This document shows, piece by piece, positions 32,539 through 43,041 of a DNA stretch of 59,822 bases. The position numbers were made by a program, and so were the translations under genes. This stretch comes from an uncultured Actinomycetes bacterium (GTDB taxonomy: Bacteria > Actinomycetota > Actinomycetes > S36-B12). The stretch spans positions 1 to 59,822 of the forward strand of contig CALFHU010000041.1 in the NCBI GenBank assembly GCA_937875815.1, given 5' to 3'. The number at the start of each line of letters is the position of its first letter. Position 1 is the first letter of the stretch. The notes below the pieces were generated by a model. The model was given only the letters and a program-made list of their open reading frames with translations. It was not told the DNA's origin and made no database searches.

Positions 32539-34820
32539 TCGATTCGGTAAATACCGCCCAAGAAAGTCCCGACACCGAACAACCATGGGCCGATCTGGGT
32601 CTAAGGCAAGACGAGTACGAAAGCATCAAGGAGATTTTGGGCCGGCGCCCAACAAGTAGCGAGCTAGCTATGTATTCGGTGATGTGGAGTGAGCATTGCT
32701 CGTACAAGTCCAGCAAAGTGCATTTGCGCCAGTTTGGTGACAAAGCTCCAAAGACCGACGCGCTGCTGGTGGGAATCGGTGAGAACGCTGGCGTAGTTGA
32801 TATTGGTGACGGTTGGGCCGTCACATTTAAAGTGGAAAGTCACAATCACCCCTCCTACGTTGAGCCTTATCAAGGAGCGGCGACCGGTATTGGTGGGATT
32901 GTCCGCGACATTATTTCCATGGGTGCCCGCCCACTTGCGGTGATGGATCCCCTTCGTGTGGGTGCAGCCGATGCCCAGGACACGAAGCGGGTTCTGCCGG
33001 GAGTGGTTGCAGGAATTGGTGGATACGGCAACTGTCTTGGCCTCCCCAATATCGGTGGCGAATTGGTTTTTGACGAAAGCTATGCCGGAAACCCGCTGGT
33101 TAATGCGCTGTGTGTGGGTTCTATGAAACATGAAGACATCCATCTCGCCAGCGCCAAAGGGGTGGGAAACCTCGTGGTTCTTTACGGTGCCCGGACCGGC
33201 GGTGACGGCATTGGCGGAGTGTCAGTACTCGCGTCGGAAACATTTGATGCTGACGGTCCCGCCAAGCGTCCGAGCGTTCAAGTGGGTGATCCGTTTATGG
33301 AGAAACTGCTGATCGAAGCGACTCTTGAAGTGCTGCACGCCGGGCTTGTGGAAGGTATCCAAGATCTCGGTGGTGCTGGTATCTCGTGCGCGACAAGTGA
33401 GCTCGCATCAAATGGCGAAGGTGGCATGCAGGTCTACCTTGATCGGGTTCTCTTGCGTGACGCGTCACTTTCCCCAGAAGAAATTTTGATGAGTGAGTCG
33501 CAAGAGCGCATGTGCGCGGTTGTTACCCCGGGAAAGATTGATGCCTTCATGCAATTATGTAACAAGTGGGAGGTCGAAGCAGTCGTTATAGGTGAAGTCA
33601 CCGATACCGGGCGCTTGGTGATTGACTGGCACGGGGACACGATCGTCGACGTCCCACCACGTTCAGTTGCCCACGACGGTCCCGTGTACGACCGCCCATT
33701 CCACCGCCCGAGCTGGCAAGACGCGTTACAAGCTGACGCACCAACAGCTGAGCGCCTTGCCCGCCCGTCAACACCGGATGCGCTGAAACAGACTCTGGTC
33801 GACCTGATCTCCTCACCGAATCTTGCGTCAAAGAGTTGGGTGACGTCCCAATACGACCGCTATGTCCTGGGTAACACGATTCTTGCCCAGCCAGAAGACG
33901 CGGGCATGATTCGAGTTGATGAGGAAAGTGGGCTAGGGGTCGCAATCTCAACCGACTGCAATTCGCGCTTTGCCAAGCTTGATCCTTATGCTGGCGCGCA
34001 ATTAGCGTTGGTGGAGTCCTATCGAAATATCAGTGTTGCTGGCGCAAAACCACTCGCCGTCACTAATTGTTTGAACTTTGGTTCACCCGAAGACCCGGAA
34101 GTGATGTGGCAATTCGCCCAAGCAACAACGGGGTTGGCTGATGCGTGCCTTGAACTTGGCATTCCTGTTACCGGTGGCAACGTTTCCTTTTACAATCAAA
34201 CAGGTTCCACTGCAATTCACCCGACCCCTGTTGTTGGTGTTCTTGGCGTGATCGATGACGTTGATCGTCGAACGCGCATCGCTTGGAAAAACGACGGCGA
34301 ACCGATCTATATTTTAGGGGACACGACCGATGAATTCGGAGGAAGTGAATGGGCCCACCTACAAGGCCACCTCGGCGGGTTTCCACCCAAAGTTGACCTT
34401 CCAGGGGAAAGATTGCTGAGTGAAATTATGGTTACGGCCTCTCTTGAGGGAATGATTACCGCGGCACATGACGTCTCCGACGGCGGAGTCGGGGTTGCGG
34501 TGACCGAGATGGCCCTGCGTGCGAATATCGGTGCCCGCTTTTGGATCCCCGACAATATTGATCCATTTGTTTTCCTTTTCTCCGAAAGTACCGCGCGCGC
34601 AATTGCGGTTATTCCGCGAACTAAGGAACATCGATTTACCGAAATGTGTGCTGCCCGAGGAATCAGTGCAACTCAGTTTGGCGTGGTTGATTCCGGTCTC
34701 GGCGTTAACAGCGGTCACCCAGGAGAGCAGGTAATTGTTTTTGATTCGCAATTCACTCTGACAATTGATCAGCTGCGCGAAGCCAATGAGGCGACACTGC
34801 CCGCGCTTTTTGGTGGTTAA
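32535..34820 (+). CDS. purL: FGAM synthase subunit PurL
   Basis: [17 protein letters not shown] and duplicated AIR-synthase-like domains. ATGA overlap with purQ. Confidence 0.97.
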   Translation: MIDSVNTAQESPDTEQPWADLGLRQDEYESIKEILGRRPTSSELAMYSVMWSEHCSYKSSKVHLRQFGDKAPKTDALLVGIGENAGVVDIGDGWAVTFKVESHNHPSYVEPYQGAATGIGGIVRDIISMGARPLAVMDPLRVGAADAQDTKRVLPGVVAGIGGYGNCLGLPNIGGELVFDESYAGNPLVNALCVGSMKHEDIHLASAKGVGNLVVLYGARTGGDGIGGVSVLASETFDADGPAKRPSVQVGDPFMEKLLIEATLEVLHAGLVEGIQDLGGAGISCATSELASNGEGGMQVYLDRVLLRDASLSPEEILMSESQERMCAVVTPGKIDAFMQLCNKWEVEAVVIGEVTDTGRLVIDWHGDTIVDVPPRSVAHDGPVYDRPFHRPSWQDALQADAPTAERLARPSTPDALKQTLVDLISSPNLASKSWVTSQYDRYVLGNTILAQPEDAGMIRVDEESGLGVAISTDCNSRFAKLDPYAGAQLALVESYRNISVAGAKPLAVTNCLNFGSPEDPEVMWQFAQATTGLADACLELGIPVTGGNVSFYNQTGSTAIHPTPVVGVLGVIDDVDRRTRIAWKNDGEPIYILGDTTDEFGGSEWAHLQGHLGGFPPKVDLPGERLLSEIMVTASLEGMITAAHDVSDGGVGVAVTEMALRANIGARFWIPDNIDPFVFLFSESTARAIAVIPRTKEHRFTEMCAARGISATQFGVVDSGLGVNSGHPGEQVIVFDSQFTLTIDQLREANEATLPALFGG

Positions 34821-34822
34821 GA

Positions 34823-35170
34823 ATGCTCAGCCCAAGTGAGCACGAGTTACTGGGATCAGTAGCAAATCAATTTGACCAGATGGACAAGGAGCAAACCCGC
34901 ACGGCGGTCAAAGCGATCCTGCGTGAGCTCACCGAGATCGCACCGGGCCGTAGCGTTGAATTGCGCATCCCACCATTTGCTGCCACCCAGATAGTTGACG
35001 GCCACACCCACCGCAGGGGAACCCCCGCTGCGGTCGTTGAACTCGATGCAGCGACCCTGTGTCAACTGGCAATCGGCCACAGCACGTGGGCCGCGCTCGT
35101 CGGCCAAGGATTAATCTTGGCAAGTGGTGAACGCTCAGATCTGAGCCGGTTGTTCCCTTTGTCAAGCTGA
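34823..35170 (+). CDS. Sterol-carrier-like (SCP2-fold) family protein
   Basis: 115-aa ORF 2 nt after purL. Composition and position match the small sterol carrier family protein commonly found between purL and purF in Actinobacteria (recollection). Confidence 0.6.
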   Translation: MLSPSEHELLGSVANQFDQMDKEQTRTAVKAILRELTEIAPGRSVELRIPPFAATQIVDGHTHRRGTPAAVVELDAATLCQLAIGHSTWAALVGQGLILASGERSDLSRLFPLSS

Positions 35171-35351
35171 GACCTCGTACAGCGGCACCATCAGTAAGAA
35201 AGCAATTAGCTGAGCGCCTTCCTAGAAGGGATCCGGTTCTGGCTGTGGCTCATCGATTAGATGTTTATCGACTTATTTTAGGGCCCGCACAACACTCGGT
35301 CGCCCCGGACCGTTCCGGCCACGGCACGCTCGATGTGCGTAGACTGATGTC

Positions 35352-36890
35352 GTGCCCCGCGGTGATGGTCTTCTCAACCACAACCTCCTCTCCGAGGACA
35401 TCGGACCCCAAGACGCTTGTGGTGTTTTTGGTGTCTGGGCCCCTGGCGAAGAAGTGTCAAAACTGACCTACTTTGGGCTTTACGCTTTGCAACACCGTGG
35501 TCAAGAATCAGCTGGCATGGCGGTGAGCGACGGTTCCAGAATCGTGGTCTTCAAGGACATGGGTTTGGTATCTCAAGTATTCAATGAAGGTGTACTTGAG
35601 TCCCTGCAGGGATACCTTGCAATTGGTCATACTCGGTACTCAACAACAGGTGCGAGCATCTGGGAGAACGCCCAACCCACTTTTCGAACCACCGCGACCG
35701 GACACCTTGCGCTAGGTCACAATGGCAATCTGACCAATACCCACGAACTTCGCAAGCGAATCGCCGAACTGCACAGCGGCTCGGGGGAATTACCCTTCAA
35801 TACAGCTGTTGCGGCAACCACTGATACGGAAATTTTGACGGCACTACTCGCGGCTCATCCGGATCTTTCACTCGAAGAAGCAGCAATCGCAGAGCTCCCA
35901 TTAGTGCAGGGAGCTTTTTCTTTGGTGTTTATGGACGACACCACGCTGTACGCAGCGCGCGATCCACAGGGAATTAGGCCACTGGTGCTCGGTCGCCTCG
36001 AATCCGGCTGGGTAGTCGCCAGCGAGTCCGCTGCACTGGACATCGTCGGGGCTTCGGTTATTCGCGAAGTAGAACCTGGCGAATTGATTGCCATCGATGC
36101 TCAAGGATTACGGGCTCGTCGGTTTGCACCAGCCGCGCCCAAGGGTTGCCTATTCGAATACGTCTACTTAGCACGACCTGATACGACCATCGCAGGAAGA
36201 TCAGTGCAGGCAACCCGTGTTGACACGGGCCGTCGGTTGGCCAACTCGAGCCCGGTTGAGGCGGACCTTGTTATCCCGGTTCCCGAGTCCGGGCGTTATG
36301 CAGCAATTGGTTACGCCCAAGAATCCGGCATCCCATTCGCGGAGGGGCTTGTCAAAAACTCCTATGTGGGGCGCACCTTCATTCAACCCTCTCAGACGAT
36401 TCGTCAACTGGGTATTCGACTTAAATTGAATCCCCTCAAAGAAGTGATTGCTGGGCAGAGACTGGTGGTTGTCGACGACTCGATTGTTCGCGGCAACACG
36501 CAGCGCGCATTGGTGCGGATGCTGCGTGAAGCCGGGGCGCTTGAAGTGCATGTGCGAATTTCTAGCCCTCCGGTGAAGTGGCCGTGTTTTTATGGAATTG
36601 ACTTTGCCACCCGAGCCGAATTAATTGCTAACGGGCTCAGTGTTGACGAAATTTGTGCATCCATCGGAGCCGACTCGCTCGCATACGTTGGGCTCGATGT
36701 ACTTGTCGAGGCAACCCAGATACCCAAAAATAACCTATGTCGGGCGTGTTTTGACGGGGTTTACCCGGTGGAACTATCGGAGGAACACCGCGTACACCTT
36801 GAGGTATTTGAAGGGATTGAGCGTCGGGTTTCTAAATCAGAAAACCTGCACGTTGATCCACTGGCCCTTGATGCTTTGAATCTCCCATGA
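35352..36890 (+). CDS. purF: Amidophosphoribosyltransferase
   Basis: Ntn-amidotransferase propeptide followed by CGVFGV, PRTase loop VVVDDSIVRGNT, and C-terminal Cys cluster. Confidence 0.95.
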   Translation: MPRGDGLLNHNLLSEDIGPQDACGVFGVWAPGEEVSKLTYFGLYALQHRGQESAGMAVSDGSRIVVFKDMGLVSQVFNEGVLESLQGYLAIGHTRYSTTGASIWENAQPTFRTTATGHLALGHNGNLTNTHELRKRIAELHSGSGELPFNTAVAATTDTEILTALLAAHPDLSLEEAAIAELPLVQGAFSLVFMDDTTLYAARDPQGIRPLVLGRLESGWVVASESAALDIVGASVIREVEPGELIAIDAQGLRARRFAPAAPKGCLFEYVYLARPDTTIAGRSVQATRVDTGRRLANSSPVEADLVIPVPESGRYAAIGYAQESGIPFAEGLVKNSYVGRTFIQPSQTIRQLGIRLKLNPLKEVIAGQRLVVVDDSIVRGNTQRALVRMLREAGALEVHVRISSPPVKWPCFYGIDFATRAELIANGLSVDEICASIGADSLAYVGLDVLVEATQIPKNNLCRACFDGVYPVELSEEHRVHLEVFEGIERRVSKSENLHVDPLALDALNLP

Positions 36891-37984
36891 CGCAACAGCG
36901 TGCGACCTACGCGCAAGCAGGTGTTGACGTGGAGTCCGGTGAAAGAGCCGTTGAGTTAATGCGCGCATCTATTGTGGCAAGTACCCGACCAGAAGTGGTC
37001 GGTGACTTTGGTGGGTTTGCCGGACTGTTTGATATCTCGGCCGCGAAGTTAATGCGCAAGCCGTTACTTGCGACATCCACTGATGGCGTAGGAACTAAAA
37101 TTGCAGTTGCCCGCGCACTTGATATTCACCACACGGTTGGGTTGGATCTAGTAGCCATGGTGGTTGACGACCTCGTGGTGTGTGGCGCGGAACCACTTTT
37201 TATGACCGACTACATCGCGGTTGGTTCCGTGAACCCAGAGCGAATTGCAAGCATTGTTTCGGGGATAGCCCGCGGCTGTGAACGGGCGGGCTGCGCCCTT
37301 GTCGGTGGGGAGACAGCCGAACACCCGGGGCTGATGGCCCCCGATGAATACGATATTGCTGGGGCTGGAACCGGCATTGTTGACTCGGACAATTTATTGG
37401 GCCCGGACAAGGTAAATGCGGGAGATATTGTTATTGCGATGAAGTCTTCAGGGCTTCATTCAAATGGGTATTCACTCGCTCGCCACGTGCTGGTGGGTGA
37501 CGGAAAATTGGGCCTCGATGCGCATGTTGATGCACTCGGTAGAACTGTCGGTGAAGAACTGTTGGAACCAACGCATATCTACGCATTAGACGCGCTGGCG
37601 CTCATTTCGGGATCGCGGGTGCATGCATTCAGTCACGTAACTGGTGGGGGCATCGCTGCCAACCTAGCCCGAGTGCTTCCGGAAACCCTTGCCGCTGATG
37701 TGTATCGGAACACCTGGGCGCCAGCAGAAATTTTTAATGTGATCTGCAGTGAAGGCAATGTGCCACAACTTGATGCTGAGAAGACATTTAATATGGGAAT
37801 TGGCATGCTGGCGGTTGTTGGGAAAGACAGTGTCGACGCAGCCCTCGAAATTTTGGGACAACGCCAAGTGGACGCGTGGGTGTGTGGTTCGGTTCGGGAT
37901 CGAACTGCGGGTGAAAAAGGTGACTATCCCGCGAAGGGTGGCGGTGGGGGAGCGGTAAACCTTGTCGGTACTTACGAAAACTAG
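36887..37984 (+). CDS. purM: AIR synthase (phosphoribosylformylglycinamidine cyclo-ligase)
   Basis: TYAQAGVD, STDGVGTK and GGETAEHPG motifs. ATGA overlap with purF. Confidence 0.95.
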   Translation: MTQQRATYAQAGVDVESGERAVELMRASIVASTRPEVVGDFGGFAGLFDISAAKLMRKPLLATSTDGVGTKIAVARALDIHHTVGLDLVAMVVDDLVVCGAEPLFMTDYIAVGSVNPERIASIVSGIARGCERAGCALVGGETAEHPGLMAPDEYDIAGAGTGIVDSDNLLGPDKVNAGDIVIAMKSSGLHSNGYSLARHVLVGDGKLGLDAHVDALGRTVGEELLEPTHIYALDALALISGSRVHAFSHVTGGGIAANLARVLPETLAADVYRNTWAPAEIFNVICSEGNVPQLDAEKTFNMGIGMLAVVGKDSVDAALEILGQRQVDAWVCGSVRDRTAGEKGDYPAKGGGGGAVNLVGTYEN

Positions 37985-37993
37985 GTCGGTAAA

Positions 37994-38203
37994 TTAACCG
38001 GTAGTTTCTTCTCCGGCTTCTTCGTAGTACTTGGCGTAAGGGTCAGCGCCAGGAACCTCTTCTTCGGCTACTTCGTCAACGGGCACGGGGGCAGGCTGAC
38101 CCCTGAGTTCGGCTTGCAATTGATCAAAATCGGTTTGAGGTCCGCCGTATTTGAGTTCGCGAGCAACTTTTGTTTGTTTAGCTTTCGCTCGGCCGCGTCC
38201 CAT
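37994..38203 (-). CDS. DUF3073-domain protein
   Basis: MGRGRAKAKQTKVARELKY N-terminus and acidic tail, characteristic of the actinobacterial DUF3073 small protein. Confidence 0.8.
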   Translation of the reverse strand: MGRGRAKAKQTKVARELKYGGPQTDFDQLQAELRGQPAPVPVDEVAEEEVPGADPYAKYYEEAGEETTG

Positions 38204-38330
38204 GACTCAACCCCCTCTTCCAGTAAATACCGGTAGCTAGTTGACGAATAGTCTCGATGGGAGCAATCTTGCCCCCCACCGGAGGAATACTACCTGCCAC
38301 CCTATGCGTCGGCAGAAAGTGCCAAGGCGA

Positions 38331-39401
38331 CTAGGCATTAATGATCGCCCACGCTGCGGCTTCGGCCGCTGCCACAGGGGTAATGCCGGCTTGTGCTGCC
38401 GATTCCAGCACCGTCAGCGTGGTGGGGTAGACCCGCATTACCTGTTCACGCGCTCGCTCAACATTAGCCCCAACTAACTCTTCTGCCACTTGAATCACAC
38501 CGCCGCAATTGACCATGAAGTCCGGGGCATACAAAATACCCGCAGCGGCGAGCAAATCTCCAACATCGGGCGTAGCGAGCTGGTTGTTCGCTCCACCACA
38601 CACCAAAGAAACCCCGACCGCGGTCAGTTGTGGAACCAATTCAGGGGTAATGAACCCGCCCATGGCATTGGGGGAAATGATTGTGGGACCAAAGTTAAGC
38701 ATCTCTGCAAAGGAGTCCACGAAAACGAGATCGGGGTAGGTGGCCGACAGATCGGTGCGAACACTGGCCACCGGATCCATTGCGATCACTTTTGCCCCCC
38801 CAGACTCAATGAGGTGCCCAATTAATCTCCCACCCACTTTGCCGGCACCAATCACACCAACGGTGACCCGTGATAGGTCGTTGCTCCCGGACAAGTATTC
38901 GACGCAGGCTTGGATGCCCTGCCAAATTCCCAGGGCGGTCAGGATCCCCGAGTCTCCGACGCCACCCTTTTCTGGGGAACGGCCCGTGACAAATTGGCTG
39001 GTTTCCCCGAGCACATCCATGTCGGCAACCTGCATCCCAACGTCACCGGCGGTCACATATTTCCCACCCAAGGACTCGATCAAGGTTCCATAGTTAAGTA
39101 ATTCTTGACGCGATTTCTGATGCGGATCCGCGAGGATTACTGCCTTACCGCCGCCGTGAGCGAGTCCGGCCAAGGCATTTTTTAAGGACATGGCGCGAGA
39201 AAGGCGGAGGGCGTCGGAGTAGGCCGCTACCTGAGGATTGGGGTGATCGGCATACAGAGACATTCGAGTACCACCCAAAGCCGGCCCCAATTTTGTTGAG
39301 TGAATGGCAACGACAGCACGCAAGCCGGTTTCCCGATCTTGGGTCAGAATTACTTCCTCGTGGTCAGAAAATTGGGCCCAGGGGTCTTGATCAGTATCCA
39401 T
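38331..39401 (-). CDS. Leu/Val/Phe dehydrogenase (Glu/Leu/Phe/Val dehydrogenase family)
   Basis: Catalytic-Lys glycine-rich loop (GLAHGGGKAV), Rossmann GAGKVG, GGANNQ. Start chosen at ATG 39401 (MDTDQDPW) rather than TTG 39455. Confidence 0.85.
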   Translation of the reverse strand: MDTDQDPWAQFSDHEEVILTQDRETGLRAVVAIHSTKLGPALGGTRMSLYADHPNPQVAAYSDALRLSRAMSLKNALAGLAHGGGKAVILADPHQKSRQELLNYGTLIESLGGKYVTAGDVGMQVADMDVLGETSQFVTGRSPEKGGVGDSGILTALGIWQGIQACVEYLSGSNDLSRVTVGVIGAGKVGGRLIGHLIESGGAKVIAMDPVASVRTDLSATYPDLVFVDSFAEMLNFGPTIISPNAMGGFITPELVPQLTAVGVSLVCGGANNQLATPDVGDLLAAAGILYAPDFMVNCGGVIQVAEELVGANVERAREQVMRVYPTTLTVLESAAQAGITPVAAAEAAAWAIINA

Positions 39402-39535
39402 GCCATCAGGGTAGAGGAGCCAAGAATCTAGCCCAATCACCCCTAAGATTGGCAATCGAAGTTGCGTAACCCCTGAACAGGGATACGGTTACGGATAGGA
39501 CAAGTGTGAGTACGAAGAAGGGTGGTATCGCAGAC

Positions 39536-39817
39536 ATGACCTCAATGGGATCACGACAATTCGGAATGGCGGCCAGCAACGCCGGTACCATCAACGCCCC
39601 CATTTCGCGCATTAGCTCAATTCCCGAGACCGAACACCTGATGACACCGGGGGAAGTCGCTGCCTTGTTCCGGGTTGACCCCAAGACCGTAACCCGCTGG
39701 GCAAAGGCAGGAAAACTCACGAGCATTCGAACACTCGGTGGCCACAGACGTTATCGGTCCTCTGAGGTTCGCTCACTTTTAGAAAAGAGCGGCGCTCGCA
39801 TCGGAGACGGGATTTAG
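39536..39817 (+). CDS. bldC: BldC-family (MerR/excisionase-like) DNA-binding developmental regulator
   Basis: Near-identical core to Streptomyces BldC as I recall it: LMTPGEVAALFRVDPKTVTRWAKAGKLTSIRTLGGHRRYR. Start uncertain (GTG 39506, ATG 39536 or later). Confidence 0.85.
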   Translation: MTSMGSRQFGMAASNAGTINAPISRISSIPETEHLMTPGEVAALFRVDPKTVTRWAKAGKLTSIRTLGGHRRYRSSEVRSLLEKSGARIGDGI

Positions 39818-39858
39818 GATCTCGTTCACGCCAGCGTGAGAGGCGGTATTGTTATTGC

Positions 39859-40611
39859 GTGGCCGAACCCTTTTATCAAACAATTGTGCTGGTCGTCAAA
39901 GGTGCATTTAGTGGGTTGGGGTTAAAGATTGATGTAGTGGGAGAAGAAAACATCCCGCTCGTTGGCGGCGCGATTCTCGCGATCAATCACACGAGTTACC
40001 TTGATTTCGCCCTCGGTGGCATCCCAGCAAATCGACGTGGACGCAGGCTGGTCCGCTTCATGGCCAAAGACGCAATTTTTAGACACAAAATTGCTGGTCC
40101 GCTCATGCGCGGTATGAAACACATTCCTGTTGATCGTGACGCCGGGTCCCAGGCTTTCCGCGACTCCGTGGCAGCGCTCAAAAATGGTGAGATTGTTGGT
40201 GTATTCCCGGAAGCGACCATGAGTCGTTCGCTGGACATCAAGGAAATAAAAAGCGGAACTATCCGAATGGCTCGGATTGCGAAAGTCCCGGTACTCCCCA
40301 TGATTATTTTCGGCGGGCACCGCATCCTTTCTTATGGCGTTAAAGACTTCACGCGGGGCCGCTGTGCCGTAATCATGGTGGGAAAACCACTCGATGTTGA
40401 TGGTGACCCTGAAGAAGGTAATGATCGACTGCGAGAAGCGCTCCGCGACCTTTTAGCGCAGGCAGTTGAACGCTATCCGGATAAAGTCTCGGGTGCTTCC
40501 TGGCTTCCCGCACGATTTGGTGGGAGCGCTCCAACACTGGAGGAAGCTGAAGTAATTGAGGTTGCCGCGCAACTGGAGCGAGCAGCAAAGCGAGCGCAGA
40601 AGAAGAATTAG
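39859..40611 (+). CDS. 1-acyl-sn-glycerol-3-phosphate (lysophospholipid) acyltransferase, PlsC family
   Basis: Acyltransferase motif I NHTSYLD and motif III VGVFPEAT. Confidence 0.85.
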   Translation: MAEPFYQTIVLVVKGAFSGLGLKIDVVGEENIPLVGGAILAINHTSYLDFALGGIPANRRGRRLVRFMAKDAIFRHKIAGPLMRGMKHIPVDRDAGSQAFRDSVAALKNGEIVGVFPEATMSRSLDIKEIKSGTIRMARIAKVPVLPMIIFGGHRILSYGVKDFTRGRCAVIMVGKPLDVDGDPEEGNDRLREALRDLLAQAVERYPDKVSGASWLPARFGGSAPTLEEAEVIEVAAQLERAAKRAQKKN

Positions 40612-42000
40612 TTACTGCTTCCCCCACGCTTTTGCGCTGATTGTCACATTGCGGTTGGACATAAGTGCCACACGATCGCCGCGATCGCGCAGAAGGGTTG
40701 AGTCGCGTCCCCAGTACTGGGTTGAACGCGTTGGCCGTCCTTTTCCAATTCGCACAGTCAATGATTCCCCCGGCCTAATCGACGTGTTGGGTAAGAATGG
40801 GTACGTGGAAACATCGCGCCTGAGGTGGTAGCCATCCAGTAACGCTGAGGACTTTCCAGTATTTTTAATCCTGATGTATTCCTGATTCGTACGCTGTGAC
40901 ATTTTTTTTGCGGTCGAAACGGCATTGACTTTAGTGATTCGCAAAACACCCTGCATCGGATCTGAGCAATCCAGTACGCATGGGTACTCGTAGTAGGAAC
41001 GAACTGCGGTATTTCGATCGAGTAGGTAGGCGCCATCGCCCAAGAAGGAACTAATGTCAGTATTTCGAAAAAGCGCCTCGTCTGATCCCCAGTAGAGATC
41101 CCGTGGCTCCGGTGTGCCGTTTGTGCCCACTCCCATGTGCACAACCCGAAAATCGTTGGGGGCAAGAATAGATCCGGATGGAAGGTGAAACCATTCTGAT
41201 ACACCTGAGTCACGCAATAGCCATCCGGTGAGATCGACATCGCTTTCACCAAGATTGCGAATTATGGCGTATTCGCCATTGACATTGTTGTTGTCATTGC
41301 CTTCGGCATCCCAATTGACAATCACACTCAATTTTGCTTCCGGTTGCTCTAGCGGTCCACAGTAATTCGGATCCCATAACCCGATTTTTTTAAGTTGGGT
41401 TTGAGCAATCATGACCCGGTATTTATAGGACTGGGCTGCTTCCTTTTGCAGGGTGAACCACATGGCCAACCCTGATTGAGCGACGACTGCTTGAAGGTCA
41501 ATGTCGTATTGATTGGTCTGTGAATTCCAGGCGAACGCGTAGCGCTGAATCCTTCCGCGGTTTTCTGAGGCTTTGTCCAGAGACCGTAATTGTACTTTGG
41601 TTCCTGGGCGCAATACCGAGGCAAGCACTTCAGTAGCTTCGGCGCCTCCACACATATCCTTGTCCCGGTGGATGTTGTTAAATCCACGAATCTCGGGCGT
41701 GTTCACGCCCAGGAGTCGCACGGTGACGTAGTCGGTCGCGCCTTCTTCGATGAACCGAAAAGTGTCCCCATCAGAGACAACGTCAACGATTCCAGTTTCC
41801 TGGATTGGGATGTCCAGGTAGCTGTATTGGGACAAATCCCAGGTATCTGCGGTTGCACTTACTGGAAATCCGGCCAGCAACAATGCGCCTGCCGCGATAC
41901 CCGCTGCCACGCCAGTCATTGACCGGATCCAGATATTCTCGCTGTTCACGCTGGCTCCTGACCTCCCAGAATCTAAAAAGATACTGTGTGTTCGACGCAA
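40612..42000 (-). CDS. Secreted thermonuclease (SNase fold) fused to two lamin-tail domains
   Basis: SNase motifs DGDTFRF, VRLLGVNTPE, NRGRIQRYAF and GLAMWF. Two LTD-like units (EYAIIRNLGESDVDLTGWLLRD and EYIRIKNTGKSSALLDGYHLRR). Signal-like MTGVAAGIAAGALLLAGFPVSATA if the start is ATG 41919. Confidence 0.8.
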   Translation of the reverse strand: MRRTHSIFLDSGRSGASVNSENIWIRSMTGVAAGIAAGALLLAGFPVSATADTWDLSQYSYLDIPIQETGIVDVVSDGDTFRFIEEGATDYVTVRLLGVNTPEIRGFNNIHRDKDMCGGAEATEVLASVLRPGTKVQLRSLDKASENRGRIQRYAFAWNSQTNQYDIDLQAVVAQSGLAMWFTLQKEAAQSYKYRVMIAQTQLKKIGLWDPNYCGPLEQPEAKLSVIVNWDAEGNDNNNVNGEYAIIRNLGESDVDLTGWLLRDSGVSEWFHLPSGSILAPNDFRVVHMGVGTNGTPEPRDLYWGSDEALFRNTDISSFLGDGAYLLDRNTAVRSYYEYPCVLDCSDPMQGVLRITKVNAVSTAKKMSQRTNQEYIRIKNTGKSSALLDGYHLRRDVSTYPFLPNTSIRPGESLTVRIGKGRPTRSTQYWGRDSTLLRDRGDRVALMSNRNVTISAKAWGKQ

Positions 42001-42218
42001 TGGTAAGTAAATGGTTCCAAAAATGGGAAACTAAGCCGGATCATCCCAACTCCCGGCCTGCGAAGGAAGTCACACGGATTTTGGGCCGATACTGTCTTAG
42101 AATGCGACCAATCTCGAGTCAGACGTCGACCACGCGTACAGTTCGGGTTCGCTGCGTAATTGTCGCATACAGCGGCAAAGGGTTAGGTCTTGCCTAATAT
42201 GTGAGAGGGGGGCTACCT

Positions 42219-42395
42219 ATGTGCCGTCAAGTGAGCTGCAAGACCTGCAAGAAGGCAACCTGGTCTGGTTGCGGTAACCATAAGAATGAGGTTTTGCGCG
42301 GAGTTCCTAAGAATCAGCGCTGCTCATGTACCGCCGCCGACAAGGCCGCTGCTCGAAACAATAAGGGCTTCTTCGCCAAAATTTTCGGAGCCTGA
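42219..42395 (+). CDS. Small Cys-rich protein (58 aa), function unknown
   Basis: Strong purine-rich RBS (GAGAGGGGGG) upstream of ATG 42219. Six Cys arranged as C..SCKTCKK...GCG...CSC, suggesting metal binding. Confidence 0.5.
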   Translation: MCRQVSCKTCKKATWSGCGNHKNEVLRGVPKNQRCSCTAADKAAARNNKGFFAKIFGA

Positions 42396-42398
42396 CTC

Positions 42399-42953
42399 TC
42401 AATTACCAGGGCCATCAATTCGCCAACGAAGCATTTGATGGGACCCTTGCTCAGGTGGAGCGATGAACTCCTCCACGAACACGCCACCATTATTTATTAT
42501 CACACGTTGTGAGGCAACATTGTCAAACACTGTGGTGAGTTCAACACACGGCAAGCCCGAATCCCAGGCAATTGGAAGCATTTGGGAAAGTGCACTCGTT
42601 GCATAGCCTCGACCTTGACGTGCATCAACTACACCGTAGCCGATATGCCCCAAGACGTAAGCGGGAAGATGTGTTGAACCTAGCTGCCATCGCACGTTGA
42701 TACTTCCCGCGAATTCACCGTCCCACATCCAGCGCATCGTCGAAGGAAGTCTGGGTACTGGATCGCCGTTGGGAAGTCCTACCGTCCCAACGGCTTTACT
42801 TAGTAGTGTTTCCACAAGCAATTCCGGAGAGTTTCGGGCCAGATCCAATGCGTTGGCGGCGCCTCCGGTGAAGAAGGCATCGAAGGCCCAACCTTGCTCA
42901 AGGGCGGCAAGATACGACGGCACGTATTCAGTCGCAGGCACAACAAGTTCCAC
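42399..42953 (-). CDS. GNAT-family N-acetyltransferase
   Basis: Acetyl-CoA binding motif A (ARQGRGYATSALSQML) and GNAT beta-bulge region. Confidence 0.75.
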   Translation of the reverse strand: MELVVPATEYVPSYLAALEQGWAFDAFFTGGAANALDLARNSPELLVETLLSKAVGTVGLPNGDPVPRLPSTMRWMWDGEFAGSINVRWQLGSTHLPAYVLGHIGYGVVDARQGRGYATSALSQMLPIAWDSGLPCVELTTVFDNVASQRVIINNGGVFVEEFIAPPEQGSHQMLRWRIDGPGN

Positions 42954-43041
42954 GATTGAAGCCTATTCGAAAATTCGCGCGTGATTGACCACGAAATAGT
43001 GTGGCCCTAGGTTCCCATGAGTCCGCTAGACATGCGAGGGT

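Noticed and set aside
35171-35351. Possible riboswitch (ZTP/pfl or purine) in the 181-bp gap upstream of purF.
   Set aside because: I could not find the conserved ZTP elements (GGGTCGTGAC...CCGCCTGGGC-type pseudoknot) or a purine-riboswitch three-way junction by eye. Only a covariance-model scan could settle it.
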